A DNA stretch of 64,000 nt, taken from the IMG/VR virus record IMGVR_UViG_3300021964_010723; one strand, given 5' to 3'. Position 1 is the first letter of the stretch, and every line of letters begins with the position of its first letter. This document shows positions 1 to 10,723 of this stretch, piece after piece. The stretch comes from a virus (taxonomy: Duplodnaviria; Caudoviricetes). Under the pieces are notes generated by a model. It saw nothing but the letters and a program-made list of their open reading frames with translations. It did not search any database and was not told the DNA's origin. Both the position numbers and the translations under genes were made by a program.

Positions 1-663
1 GAATTAAGATATAATTCTAATGCAGTAGAATGGAGAGAAGATTTATTTGATTTGTGGAAGGAATTCAAAAGAGTTAGATTTCATTATAGCATAGACGCAC
101 ATGGAGAGCAAAATGATTACATACGATTTCCTAGTAATTGGACGCATCAAGAGAAAGTGTTTCATTTATTAGATAATTCTCCAGATCAAGTTGAAGTTAC
201 CACAGCTACTACAATATTAGCTTTAAATATTGCTTATATTCCAGAATTTGTAAAATGGAAAGTTTCTCAAGGATTTAAAAAAATCAATCAATGGCCATTA
301 GGTGCAGGAGGAATAAATATGCATTTTGCTTATTGGCCTCCTCAATTAAATGTTAAAGTTTTACCAAAAAATATTAAAAAACAAATAACTGAAAAATATG
401 AGAAAGAATTTTATCCGTGGATAGATGAAAATTGGAATAAATTTACTGGAGTAGCAGAAAACAATATTTCTTATGATGAATTTCAAAATGCACCATACGG
501 TAAAAAAAGATTCAAAGGAATTATAAATTTTATGAATGCTGAAGATTGGAGTGAAAGGCTACCTGAAACAAAAGAATATTTAAATTTAGTTAACGAACAA
601 AGAGGATGGACTAACAAATTTTTACAAGTATTTCCTATTTTTGAGGAGATAATATATGGGTAA
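1..663 (+). CDS. Twitch/SPASM-type radical SAM protein, C-terminal part (5' end outside window)
   Basis: Frame 1 is open from base 1 (ELRYNSNAVEW...); YSIDA..YIRFPSNW and FMNAEDW segments match the C-terminal half of paralog 10720-11883. Confidence 0.8.
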   Translation, partial: ELRYNSNAVEWREDLFDLWKEFKRVRFHYSIDAHGEQNDYIRFPSNWTHQEKVFHLLDNSPDQVEVTTATTILALNIAYIPEFVKWKVSQGFKKINQWPLGAGGINMHFAYWPPQLNVKVLPKNIKKQITEKYEKEFYPWIDENWNKFTGVAENNISYDEFQNAPYGKKRFKGIINFMNAEDWSERLPETKEYLNLVNEQRGWTNKFLQVFPIFEEIIYG

Positions 664-1834
664 GGATATTTGCTCTGCAGTTCATCATGGTTTATGTATC
701 ACTGCTTACGGCGCAGTAAATCCTTGTTGTGCTACAACACAAGATTTTTCTAATTTAGAAAATACTTCAAATCTTGTTGATTATTTTTATAATGATGTAG
801 AATTAGAAAAAGCTAGGAAAATAGAAATCGAAACCGAAGAATGGTTAGAAGCTTGTAAAGGTTGCGAAATAAAATCAAAATCTGGGCTAGTATCTCGAAA
901 AGATAAATTTTCTAATTGGTACAGATTCGTAAATCCTAAATGGACAGCAGAAAACAAACATGAGATACTTCATATGGATATAAGTTTTGGAAATTCTTGT
1001 AACCAAAAATGTATTATGTGCAATAGCAACTTTTCAAGTCAATGGTTAGATGATGATTTAGAAATGAAAGAAACTGCTCCATATATAAGGAATTGGAATG
1101 GACTTAAATTAAAAAATTGGAGTTTGACATATGAGTATTTAGATCAAATTGCACTATTAGTAACAGATAAAACGCAAAAAATAGAAATTAAGGGCGGGGA
1201 ACCTTTATATGATAAGAGATTTGAATATTTTGTATTAAAAGTTTTAGAGGTTAATGAGAATGTTATGTTTAATGTTAATACAAATGGTACACATTTTAGT
1301 ATGAAAAATATAGAAATGCTGAATAAAATTAAAAATATTAACATTGATATTAGTTTTGACGGTATAAACAAAATATATGAATGGATAAGGGGGACTGAAT
1401 GGAAAAGGTCAGAAGAAAATTTCCAAACATACCTGCAACATTGTAAACATTCTTGCAACTTAAATTATACCACTAGTATGTATAATATAGATCATTTTGA
1501 AATTTTTTACAATTGGGCAGCAGATTTATCCGAAAAATATAAAAAAGCTGTTCCTTGTCTTTTTACCCAAGTAGTTATGACTCCATCTTTTCAACAAATT
1601 ATGTACGCTGATAAAAGAAGAATACATCAAGGCTTAGAGCAGATAGAGCGTATTAAATACGATCCTCGAGGAACGCAATCAAGTACTAATTTATTTAGAC
1701 CAAGATTAGAAATTATTCAAAAATATTTAGAAAATCAATTATCTAAAACTGCTGATATTAACATATTTGAAAAAGCACATAATCATTTTGTAAAAATTAG
1801 GGGCTGGGATATAAGAGATTATGTTAACTTGTAA
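656..1834 (+). CDS. Radical SAM protein with N-terminal twitch/SPASM-like Cys cluster
   Basis: CNQKCIMC (CxxxCxxC), KGGEP, N-terminal C..CC..CxxC. Confidence 0.9.
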   Translation: MGKDICSAVHHGLCITAYGAVNPCCATTQDFSNLENTSNLVDYFYNDVELEKARKIEIETEEWLEACKGCEIKSKSGLVSRKDKFSNWYRFVNPKWTAENKHEILHMDISFGNSCNQKCIMCNSNFSSQWLDDDLEMKETAPYIRNWNGLKLKNWSLTYEYLDQIALLVTDKTQKIEIKGGEPLYDKRFEYFVLKVLEVNENVMFNVNTNGTHFSMKNIEMLNKIKNINIDISFDGINKIYEWIRGTEWKRSEENFQTYLQHCKHSCNLNYTTSMYNIDHFEIFYNWAADLSEKYKKAVPCLFTQVVMTPSFQQIMYADKRRIHQGLEQIERIKYDPRGTQSSTNLFRPRLEIIQKYLENQLSKTADINIFEKAHNHFVKIRGWDIRDYVNL

Positions 1835-2981
1835 GGTACCTTGGATCTCAATTACATTAAGCGGTAATGGAGACATTAAGCCGTGTTGTGTGTTTAAAGG
1901 AGGAGAGCATAGTATTCATAAAGGAGATACGCTTGACTCGACGTGGAAAGATTTTGATAAACTTCGTGAACAATTTATTAAAGGATATAAACCTGATAAA
2001 TGTAATCAATGTTGGAAAAGAGAAGAAACATTAGGATACAGTAGAAGAACATGGTATGATGATAAAATAAAAATTTGGCCAGAAACTTTTGATTTAAATC
2101 CTACAATGGAATTACGACATATGGATTTAAATTTTGGAAATACTTGTAATTTAAAATGTCGTATGTGTGGTAGTTGGGGCAGTACTGCATGGTTTAAAGA
2201 AGAAGAAAAACTAATGTCTTGTAATCCTGCATTACAAAGAGGAGTATCAAATCTTAAACCTACAATAATACCTGCTGATTATTGGGCTGATAAAAAAACG
2301 ATGTTTCGATTTTTAGAACGAATAGATTTTAAGGGCGGAGAACCGATGATGCAAGAAGGTATGTATGATTTCCTTGAGTATCTTGTTTCATGGGGATATG
2401 CATCTAACATAACTATTGCTTATACAACAAATGGTACTAAAACTCCTGAAAGGTTAAAAGAGCTTTGGCCAAAGTTTAAGAAAGTAAAATTAGTAATAAG
2501 TGTCGAAGCAACTGGTAAATTGTATGAATATATTAGAGGCGGCGACGTTCAATCTATAGATTCCTTAAAAGATAACATACATTGGTTTGATCAATTTAAT
2601 AATTTAAATGGTAGTTTTAACAGTGCTATACAAATTTATAATATATTTGCTTTACCAAAATTACTTGAATGGTTTAGAGATACTGTAAATGCTAGCAAAA
2701 AATGGCACACAGATCCAAATACTTTTAAATTTGATTGTTTAGTAGTTAATCCGCCGTATTTAGATATAAACATTATGCCAAACAGTTTAAAGAACAAAGC
2801 TATCTCAATAATAGAAGAAAAGAATTATAAAAGCCTTGGTGTTATAAAAAGTGCATTACAGAAAAAAAATACTTTTAATGATTATAACTGGAAATTGTTT
2901 ATAGATTTTACCAAACAATTAGATAAAATGCGGCATACAGATATTAAAGAAGTTGTTCCTGAGTTACAGGAGTATTTTTAA
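1821..2981 (+). CDS. Radical SAM protein with N-terminal twitch/SPASM-like Cys cluster
   Basis: CKVPW..GDIKPCC..CNQC; CNLKCRMC; GGEP; TTNGT. Confidence 0.9.
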   Translation: MLTCKVPWISITLSGNGDIKPCCVFKGGEHSIHKGDTLDSTWKDFDKLREQFIKGYKPDKCNQCWKREETLGYSRRTWYDDKIKIWPETFDLNPTMELRHMDLNFGNTCNLKCRMCGSWGSTAWFKEEEKLMSCNPALQRGVSNLKPTIIPADYWADKKTMFRFLERIDFKGGEPMMQEGMYDFLEYLVSWGYASNITIAYTTNGTKTPERLKELWPKFKKVKLVISVEATGKLYEYIRGGDVQSIDSLKDNIHWFDQFNNLNGSFNSAIQIYNIFALPKLLEWFRDTVNASKKWHTDPNTFKFDCLVVNPPYLDINIMPNSLKNKAISIIEEKNYKSLGVIKSALQKKNTFNDYNWKLFIDFTKQLDKMRHTDIKEVVPELQEYF

Positions 2982-4195
2982 TGTTTACTTTGAAAAATAG
3001 CTGTGTTTATATGAATAATTTTCCTTTCATTAATAATAAAGGACAATTAAAGCTTTGTTGTAAAAATAATACGTATACAATGGAAGGAAATATCAAAACT
3101 CATTCGTTAAAAGAAATGTATTTTAGTTCTTTATACAATGAGTTAAGGGATAAAATGTTAGCAGAAAAGGTTATAGAAGGATGTGATATTTGTTATTCAC
3201 AAGAAGCTCGTAACGAAGATAGTTTTAGAATTAGAGCTTTGACAAATATTACTAGAGAAGATAGAGATAAGATAGTTCCCTTTCCAAAAGTAAAGATACA
3301 AAATTTAGATCTAAGGATAGGTTCTACTTGTAATTTAATGTGTTCAATGTGTCATCCTACAGATAGTAGTAAATGGTATGCAAATTATGAAACATTTGCA
3401 AAAGAAGTTCATAATAAAAGTGACAATCATGTGAACATTATTAAATCAACAAATATTCCAACTGATTTAAATTGGGCAACATATGACGAAAGTTGGGATA
3501 ATATTTTTAAAAGTATTGATGATGAATTAAATTTTGTTTACATTGCGGGAGGAGAGCCTTTTTATATTAAAAAATTTCCTGAGTATTTAACACATTTAAT
3601 TGAAAAATCTCCTAATGCAATAATTGAAATAAACACCAATTCAACTGCTGCTATTCCAGAAAAGTATTTAGATAAATTAAAAGGAAAGTTACAATTACGT
3701 ATTAGTATAGATGGTTTTAGAAAAACAGAAGAATATCAACGTGCAGGTACAAATTGGAATGAGAAAATTAAGATAATTGATTCATATTCAAAATATTTTG
3801 AAATTAAATGTTTTGATATTACTCTAACAAGTTTTACTATTAGATCTTTGCCTTCTCTTGTAAGTTTTTTAGAAAATAGATATCCAAAAGTTCGTTTTTT
3901 ATTTAGACCTGTTGTAAATAGGCAAGGTCAAGATATTAGAAGTGTACCTAAAAAATTTTTAAGTCATGTAAAAACATTTTGTAAGGAAAAACAAGAAATA
4001 ATTAATGAAAATAAGGAAATGCGCTGGCATTATAACAATATTAATCAAATTTTAAATTTTTTAAATCAAGATTATATTGATGAAAAAGAAACATTACAAA
4101 AACTTGTAAAATATTGGGATGATTTAACAGGAATACATTTTAAATCTTTTGATACAGAATTTGGAAATTGGATAAATGAAAACCATAGCAGTTGA
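2981..4195 (+). CDS. Radical SAM protein with N-terminal twitch/SPASM-like Cys cluster
   Basis: KLCC..CDIC; CNLMCSMC; AGGEP. Confidence 0.9.
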   Translation: MFTLKNSCVYMNNFPFINNKGQLKLCCKNNTYTMEGNIKTHSLKEMYFSSLYNELRDKMLAEKVIEGCDICYSQEARNEDSFRIRALTNITREDRDKIVPFPKVKIQNLDLRIGSTCNLMCSMCHPTDSSKWYANYETFAKEVHNKSDNHVNIIKSTNIPTDLNWATYDESWDNIFKSIDDELNFVYIAGGEPFYIKKFPEYLTHLIEKSPNAIIEINTNSTAAIPEKYLDKLKGKLQLRISIDGFRKTEEYQRAGTNWNEKIKIIDSYSKYFEIKCFDITLTSFTIRSLPSLVSFLENRYPKVRFLFRPVVNRQGQDIRSVPKKFLSHVKTFCKEKQEIINENKEMRWHYNNINQILNFLNQDYIDEKETLQKLVKYWDDLTGIHFKSFDTEFGNWINENHSS

Positions 4196-4922
4196 GCATA
4201 GTAGTCCTAATCAAAGTAAAATTTTTAAAATAGAATGGAATTTAGGAAAACGTTGTAATTTTAATTGTAGCTATTGTGATGAATATACTCATGATAATTA
4301 TAGTAAGCATATACCTTTTGATATAGCAAAAAAAACTATAGATAAAATTATGGCTAAAACGCAAAATAAAAAAATTAAAATAAATTTAACAGGCGGAGAA
4401 CCTACGGTAAATCCTGATATTGAAGAAATAATTTCTTATATGTATGATAATAATATAGATATAGGAATAACAACAAATGGAAGTAGGAAGCTAAATTTTT
4501 ATCAAAAAATACTGCCAAAATTAGCAAGCTTAATATTTAGTTATCATATGGAATATCATGCAAGAGAAGTCCTTCCGGAAAATATTGTTGAAATATATAA
4601 TCTTGCTCAACAACAAAAAAAATATATTCACGTGCATGTTCATATGATGATGCTACCTACAAAATTTGATGAAGCAATTAATGCGTTTGATTTTTTTAAA
4701 CAGAATTCAGTTCCTGTTGTCATGCGCCGAATTAGACCAGCTTACAAAAAGGATAATGATGCAATTTATGAAAATAAAAAACTTATAGCTGGTAATATTG
4801 CAAGGCCTTTTTATGACGGTGTTGTTACATTGAAAATGACCCCAAATGGACCAGATTATTCAGGTGCTGATGATTATTATAGTAATGATGAGATAACATA
4901 TTTAGAAAATAACAATGTATAA
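4176..4922 (+). CDS. Radical SAM core domain lacking auxiliary cluster domain
   Basis: GKRCNFNCSYC, TGGEPT, TTNGS; ends before any SPASM region. Confidence 0.85.
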   Translation: MKTIAVEHSSPNQSKIFKIEWNLGKRCNFNCSYCDEYTHDNYSKHIPFDIAKKTIDKIMAKTQNKKIKINLTGGEPTVNPDIEEIISYMYDNNIDIGITTNGSRKLNFYQKILPKLASLIFSYHMEYHAREVLPENIVEIYNLAQQQKKYIHVHVHMMMLPTKFDEAINAFDFFKQNSVPVVMRRIRPAYKKDNDAIYENKKLIAGNIARPFYDGVVTLKMTPNGPDYSGADDYYSNDEITYLENNNV

Positions 4923-5304
4923 AATACTTAAAAATCAAAATAAAGCAGGTAGTTTTACGAATGTCGCTACTATAAGAAAAGATGGAAATGATATTTTTTA
5001 TGTAGAAGAAAATGTAAATGATATCACTGTAAGGCGAGAAAATCAGTATAAAGGTTGGTTGTGCTGGTCAGGTATCGAAAGTTTAATGATAGATGCAGAC
5101 GGAAATGTTTTTACTGCAACTTGTAGGACAAAAAAGTTAGGCAACATATATACCGAGTTTACTCTACCCGATGAACCCATTATATGTACAAAAAATTGGT
5201 GTGCTTGTGCAGCCGATTTAAATACAAGTAAAGCAATTGATATAGAATCAGCAAAATTATTAAGGAGGGCTAATAATGCATATTCTCGAACGTTGGGAAG
5301 CTAG
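4915..5304 (+). CDS. Stand-alone SPASM/twitch Fe-S domain protein
   Basis: GWLCWSG..DADGNV..TC..ICTKNWCAC matches the C-terminal domain of 15034-16149. Confidence 0.8.
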   Translation: MYKILKNQNKAGSFTNVATIRKDGNDIFYVEENVNDITVRRENQYKGWLCWSGIESLMIDADGNVFTATCRTKKLGNIYTEFTLPDEPIICTKNWCACAADLNTSKAIDIESAKLLRRANNAYSRTLGS

Positions 5305-5881
5305 AAGAACAGAACGATGGTTTTCAGATACACCTATAGAAGAAGAAAAAATTAAAATATTATGTAATATTATACCGTGTATTCCCGCTCAACAAGGAGA
5401 AGCAGATCATTTTTGGTTTTGTATTTCACGTAAAGAAATAAGACTTAGAACTTTTATTTCCGTTAATGTCTTTCAAAATAATAACGAAGATGGAAATTTT
5501 GGTTTTGGATCTGTTTATTCAGCTCCTTTTATGTTTCTCTCATGTGATAATCAAGCCAGTAGTTGTAATAATGCTTGTTTAAATATAGGGCTGCATACAG
5601 GCGTATTGCTTTCTGTTGCGCTTGAGCTAGGTTTAGATGTTGCTACAATAGGATGCACGGCTGGTTTTAATATAGATAAAGTTTCAGAGTTTAATACACT
5701 CATAAGGCAACGTAGATCTATACCCGGAGCTAAAGAATTATATCCTGTTACAGCAGTTTGTGTTGGTTATAAAGATAGGAAATATGCTAATAGAAATTAT
5801 ATTCAGATACATGGAAAATATGTTGCAACACAGTTATCTAAGCCCTATCGAAGGAAACCTAACAATTTTATAGGAAAATAA
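5276..5881 (+). CDS. Nitroreductase-family flavoprotein
   Basis: RRTERWF N-terminal FMN-binding-like motif; LSVALELGLDVATIG; AVCVGY. Confidence 0.7.
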   Translation: MHILERWEARRTERWFSDTPIEEEKIKILCNIIPCIPAQQGEADHFWFCISRKEIRLRTFISVNVFQNNNEDGNFGFGSVYSAPFMFLSCDNQASSCNNACLNIGLHTGVLLSVALELGLDVATIGCTAGFNIDKVSEFNTLIRQRRSIPGAKELYPVTAVCVGYKDRKYANRNYIQIHGKYVATQLSKPYRRKPNNFIGK

Positions 5882-5882
5882 A

Positions 5883-7172
5883 ATGGATTATAAAGAAAAA
5901 GCATTGTCTAGTAGTACATTTTGTCTATTGCCTTTTATACATATGGCAACAAAAACTGACGGGGACTTAAAGTTATGTTGTAGAAGTTGGCCAATTGGTA
6001 ATATATCTAAACAAAGTATAAAAAGTTTATGGAATGGTAATACATACAAAAGGGTAAGGATGCAAATGTTAAACAGTCAACGCCCTCCAGAATGTGATGC
6101 ATGTTGGCGTCATGAAGACATAGGTGTCAGAAGTATGCGACAAAGATACAATAAATCAAGATCAGAGCAATACCTAAATACCTTAGATAATTTGTCAGAT
6201 AATTATACAATGCCTTTACAAATTCCTATAATAGAAGCCAAATTAAGTAACTTTTGTAATTTAAAATGTAGAATGTGTCATCCATTAGACAGTACAAGTT
6301 GGAGTAAGGATTGGAAAGCAATTGAGCATTTGATGAAGGATGCAAATGAAAGCACATATAAAAAAGTTATAGAATATGATTTAACAGAAAAACCTTATAT
6401 AAATGCTTATGAAAATAATAATGAATTTTGGAGTGAATTTAAAGAAATTGCTCCGTTTTTAGATAGGATAGAATTTGCAGGGGGAGAACCACTTATTGAT
6501 CCCGTGCATTATAAAATTTTACATATACTTAAAGATTATGGAGATAATATAGAAATTAAGTATTCTACAAATTTAACTAGATTGAATTACAAGAAAGATG
6601 ATGTAGAAGTGCTTTGGAATTACTTTAAATGTATTGATTTAAATATTAGTATTGACGGTATATATGATGTTTATAATTACATAAGACAGTTAGGTGATTA
6701 TAATATTGTAAAAGAAAATATAAAAAAAATATCTAATCATAAAAAATTGCGTTATATAGGCGCAGCTATTACTTTACAAATTTATAATAGTTTTCAAATA
6801 CCTGCCATGTTTGACGAATTTGTAGAGGAATGTAATATTGACATACATACTCATAGAGTAAATTATCCTAAATTTTTAGATGCAAGGGTTATACCACAAG
6901 ATATACGAAATAGTATTATAAAAGATCTAGAAAAATATATACATACTGTATCACAAAAAACCCATACAAATTGGACAAAAGAAAGGAAAAATAAGGCTAT
7001 ATCTCATTTAGAGGACGCAATAGCTATGTTTAAAGGAGGAGATATGTCAGCGCAAATAAACAATTTTATAGAATTTAGCGATATATTAGATAAAAAACAA
7101 GAGGTTAAAAAGACGTGGAGAGAATTGCTGCCAATATTAGTAAAAGGTATTAATAAAAATGATCACAGCTAA
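5883..7172 (+). CDS. Radical SAM protein with N-terminal twitch/SPASM-like Cys cluster
   Basis: FCLLPFIH..KLCC..CDAC; CNLKCRMC; AGGEP. Confidence 0.9.
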   Translation: MDYKEKALSSSTFCLLPFIHMATKTDGDLKLCCRSWPIGNISKQSIKSLWNGNTYKRVRMQMLNSQRPPECDACWRHEDIGVRSMRQRYNKSRSEQYLNTLDNLSDNYTMPLQIPIIEAKLSNFCNLKCRMCHPLDSTSWSKDWKAIEHLMKDANESTYKKVIEYDLTEKPYINAYENNNEFWSEFKEIAPFLDRIEFAGGEPLIDPVHYKILHILKDYGDNIEIKYSTNLTRLNYKKDDVEVLWNYFKCIDLNISIDGIYDVYNYIRQLGDYNIVKENIKKISNHKKLRYIGAAITLQIYNSFQIPAMFDEFVEECNIDIHTHRVNYPKFLDARVIPQDIRNSIIKDLEKYIHTVSQKTHTNWTKERKNKAISHLEDAIAMFKGGDMSAQINNFIEFSDILDKKQEVKKTWRELLPILVKGINKNDHS

Positions 7173-8523
7173 ACAACAAAGAGAAATTTTGCAATTTGGT
7201 TCTGTTGCTGTAACCTATGTTGCAGAAAAAGAACATAGATACAGTGATAAAGTTTTTGCCAGACTTTGTAAAAATGTGGCAGAATATGATGTTATTCATC
7301 TTATAAAAAATGGAATTGCAGCGTCTATAGAAAACAGTTTAGTAGATAGTCTAAAATTTGCAAAAGCATATGACAAAAAATTTCTTTTATATTGCCAAGT
7401 AGGAAATTTAATTATTTGGGAAGAGATTGCAGAGCATTTAAAAGAAATTTTATTATTAAATCCTACGGTAAAATTTATAGGACATATTTTACAGCATAAT
7501 AATAAAAGTTTTTATATTCATCCTCAATTTTTTTTAATAGATGTGAAATGGGCTATTAGTAACAAATGCGTTACCATTTGTAATGAGCATTCGGATATTA
7601 AGTGGGAAGGCCCGTTATTAAGCAGGAGTAAAGAAAATTTTCATGATAATTACACTCCTATTTGGGTGCAGGCTACAGGTAAATATAAAAATTTTGTTGG
7701 AAGAGGTAAAGGAGCAAATATTATTGATATATTGGCACGATCTGCTGCAGATTTTATGCCTTGGCAAGTGAATGTTAGAAAAAATAAAAAATTTTTGTAT
7801 CCTACAGTAAAACAAGAATTAATTAAACAAAAAAATGAGATTTTTGAGGAAATGTTGTTTACTAGACCGTATGTTGCTAATACAGAAAATATTACACCTA
7901 AAGCAATGTTATCAAACATAAATCCAAAAATAAAGTTTAATATATCTTTTTCTCCTGCTAGTGGAATATTTTGGTTTTTATTACCTTATTACTTAAAGGT
8001 CACGTCGTTTGTTTATGATTCGTCGCCATATGCACTACGTATGGTTGAAAAAATTAGAATGGATTGGAATGGTAGGAATTATAAAGAGTTTGTAATTAAA
8101 AATTTTTTAAACGAAAGTCCTAATATAGGTTTGTATGCCGCTCATACAGGACCATTTTTAGATCAAGCAAATGATCTGATTGATTCTTTAGGGGAGGATT
8201 TTGTTAGATGGTGGCATAAAAATAATAAAGGTCCTTTACGACAAGTTAATTTATGTAATTTTTCTAATTTTCAAAGATTATTAGTAGATGATCATAAAAA
8301 TTTAAATGTTTTTTTTAATTTTTCTAATATTTTTCATTTTAGACCAGTAGCTGTTTTTAATAGTTTACAAGAAAGGGTTAATTTGCTGAAGGAGATAAGA
8401 AATTTTATGTTAGAAAATTATAAATTTGTACATTTTCTTGGTACATCTCCTATTGGAAAAGACAAGATAGATGGAGATATAATTGATGGAAAATTAGTTT
8501 GCCCCCTAAAATTATTCGAATAA
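7159..8523 (+). CDS. Hypothetical two-domain protein (possible glycosyltransferase-like N-terminus, Rossmann/methyltransferase-like C-terminus)
   Basis: 454 aa, coupled to neighbours; GHIL..HPQFFLID..HDNYTP and PASG..YDSS segments; fold is a guess. Confidence 0.35.
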   Translation: MITAKQQREILQFGSVAVTYVAEKEHRYSDKVFARLCKNVAEYDVIHLIKNGIAASIENSLVDSLKFAKAYDKKFLLYCQVGNLIIWEEIAEHLKEILLLNPTVKFIGHILQHNNKSFYIHPQFFLIDVKWAISNKCVTICNEHSDIKWEGPLLSRSKENFHDNYTPIWVQATGKYKNFVGRGKGANIIDILARSAADFMPWQVNVRKNKKFLYPTVKQELIKQKNEIFEEMLFTRPYVANTENITPKAMLSNINPKIKFNISFSPASGIFWFLLPYYLKVTSFVYDSSPYALRMVEKIRMDWNGRNYKEFVIKNFLNESPNIGLYAAHTGPFLDQANDLIDSLGEDFVRWWHKNNKGPLRQVNLCNFSNFQRLLVDDHKNLNVFFNFSNIFHFRPVAVFNSLQERVNLLKEIRNFMLENYKFVHFLGTSPIGKDKIDGDIIDGKLVCPLKLFE

Positions 8524-8532
8524 ATAAAATAT

Positions 8533-9252
8533 ATGGATAAAAATATAATAGATTTATTTGAAAAGAACAAATCAATTGGTCATTATTCTAAAGGTGTGCC
8601 TGCCTTGCCAAAAGAAATGATTCCTTGGCAAGGCAATTATGATCAAGCTGCAATGTGGATATTAAAAAATAGTTATCTACCTACTTTACTTTTAGATTTA
8701 GAAATCCCATTTAATGAAATGCTTGCAGAATCTGTAACCAATGACGAATATTACGTAAAACATAGAGGTAATAGATCACCTGGGTGGTATAGCATGGCCA
8801 TACATGGAACTGCAGTTAACCATACCCAACCTGCAGAATATTATTACAAAAAAAATAAACCTAAATATGATTGGACTGATTTAGCAGAAAAATGTCCTAT
8901 TACAAAAGATTGGTTAAAAAGTTTAGAATTTGAATCTTTTAGTAGGGTTAGATTTATGAAATTATCTCCAGGAGGATGGATAGAACCACATCAAGATACA
9001 CATATTGCAGGAATTCAGGCATGGAATGTTGCTTTGAATCATCCCCCAGGACATGAATTTGTAATGGACAATTATGGATTGGTTCCTTGGCAAGAAGGGC
9101 AAGTTAGAGGAATAGATATTAGTTCTTTGCACAGTGTAAGAAATGTAGGAAAAAAGGATAGAATACATATAATTATTCATGGCAGTATTGGAGATAAATT
9201 TAAAAAGATAATTTGTAAAAGTTATTTAGATCTGTATGAAAAAACCTATTGA
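8533..9252 (+). CDS. Asp/Asn beta-hydroxylase-like 2OG-Fe(II) oxygenase
   Basis: RVRFMKLSPGGWIEPHQD..LHSVRN..RIHIII (HxD..H..R). Confidence 0.85.
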   Translation: MDKNIIDLFEKNKSIGHYSKGVPALPKEMIPWQGNYDQAAMWILKNSYLPTLLLDLEIPFNEMLAESVTNDEYYVKHRGNRSPGWYSMAIHGTAVNHTQPAEYYYKKNKPKYDWTDLAEKCPITKDWLKSLEFESFSRVRFMKLSPGGWIEPHQDTHIAGIQAWNVALNHPPGHEFVMDNYGLVPWQEGQVRGIDISSLHSVRNVGKKDRIHIIIHGSIGDKFKKIICKSYLDLYEKTY

Positions 9253-10723
9253 TATTGTGTTGTTAAGCACACCAGTAATGGAAACAAGAGTGCCTGCGCC
9301 TGCAATTTATTATCTAAAAGGCGCATTAAATCCGCATGGATTTAAATCTCGTTGTTTTGACTTAGTAAGAGATAGTGAAGAAAAATTTGGTGTAGAAGAC
9401 AATAAGAAAATAAACAGTTTTTTGTTAGCTAATTGGCATGCTGGAATGCTTGTTGATGAAGATGATAGAAGTATTTATAATAAAATTTTTCAATATTATA
9501 GAGAATATGTAAAAGAAAAAATATTATGTTTAAATCCTAAATACATTGGTGTGAGCGTTTTCAGTCAAAATAGTCAAAAATCAAGTCACATATTATGTAA
9601 AGCTTTGAAAGAATTTTTACCGCATACTAAAATTATTTTAGGAGGAACTGGGTTAGGTATTTCTATGGGCGGAAAAAAAGAGTTTGGATCTAATTTAATC
9701 GATCAAGGCTTAGCTGATTATTTTATTGACGGAGAAGGCGAAATTGCTTTAGTTGAACTATTAAAAGGTAATTTAAACTATCCGGGAATAAATTCTACAG
9801 TCTATAAACAAATTGATAACATAAATGATTTGCCTTTTCCTGATTATAGTGATTACATGCAAGATTACGGTAATATTAATAAAATTACTTTGACAGGATC
9901 TAGAGGGTGCGTAAGGCGTTGTAGTTTTTGTGATATAGGAGCATTTTGGAAAAAATTTAGATATAGATCTGGTGAAAATATTGCTGAAGAAATTATTAGA
10001 AATAAAGAATTGTATAAATCCCGAACGCACTTTTTTTCAGACAGTCTTATAAATGGAAGCATGAAAGCATTTAGAGATTTTTGTAATGTTATGGCAGATT
10101 ATCATAAAAAGTATCCAAGAGGGAAGGACCGAATTAGATGGGGAGGACAGTTCATAATAAGGAGTGAAATGCAGAGTCCTGCAGAAGATTATGAATTAAT
10201 GCGTAGAGCAGGTATGTCTTGGGCTAGCATAGGAATAGAGAGTGCAAGTGAAAAAGTTAGAGATCATATGGATAAACAATTTAGTAATACAGATATGTAT
10301 TTTAGTATTGATAGATTAATAGAGAATGACATACCTGTTACTGCTATGTTTATAGTAGGCTATCCTACAGAGACTGAGGAAGAATTTAAAGAAAATATAA
10401 AATGGCTACAGTATTATGCAGATAGAAATAGCAGTAAAGTAAAACAGGAATGGAAAGGGCAAATTAAAGATATAAATTTAGGACAAACCTTAGGTGTCTT
10501 ATCGGATAGTCCGTTAGGAAACATGGACATTTTTGAGGGAAAAGATACGTGGGTGTCAAAAGTTGTACCTGGTTTGGATTTTGAAGAACGGGTAAATAGA
10601 CGTAAATTGTTATCAAAAATTGCTAATGACTTAGGCTACACAGTAAGGTGGGACGAAAAACAATTACATTTTTTAAATAAAAAATTAGAAAGATGGCAGA
10701 GTAAAGGACGTCCTATAACATGA
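9236..10723 (+). CDS. B12-binding radical SAM protein
   Basis: N-terminal Rossmann-like region (ILGGTG, GEGE), GSRGCVRRCSFC, GIESAS, IVGYPTET. Confidence 0.9.
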   Translation: MKKPIDIVLLSTPVMETRVPAPAIYYLKGALNPHGFKSRCFDLVRDSEEKFGVEDNKKINSFLLANWHAGMLVDEDDRSIYNKIFQYYREYVKEKILCLNPKYIGVSVFSQNSQKSSHILCKALKEFLPHTKIILGGTGLGISMGGKKEFGSNLIDQGLADYFIDGEGEIALVELLKGNLNYPGINSTVYKQIDNINDLPFPDYSDYMQDYGNINKITLTGSRGCVRRCSFCDIGAFWKKFRYRSGENIAEEIIRNKELYKSRTHFFSDSLINGSMKAFRDFCNVMADYHKKYPRGKDRIRWGGQFIIRSEMQSPAEDYELMRRAGMSWASIGIESASEKVRDHMDKQFSNTDMYFSIDRLIENDIPVTAMFIVGYPTETEEEFKENIKWLQYYADRNSSKVKQEWKGQIKDINLGQTLGVLSDSPLGNMDIFEGKDTWVSKVVPGLDFEERVNRRKLLSKIANDLGYTVRWDEKQLHFLNKKLERWQSKGRPIT

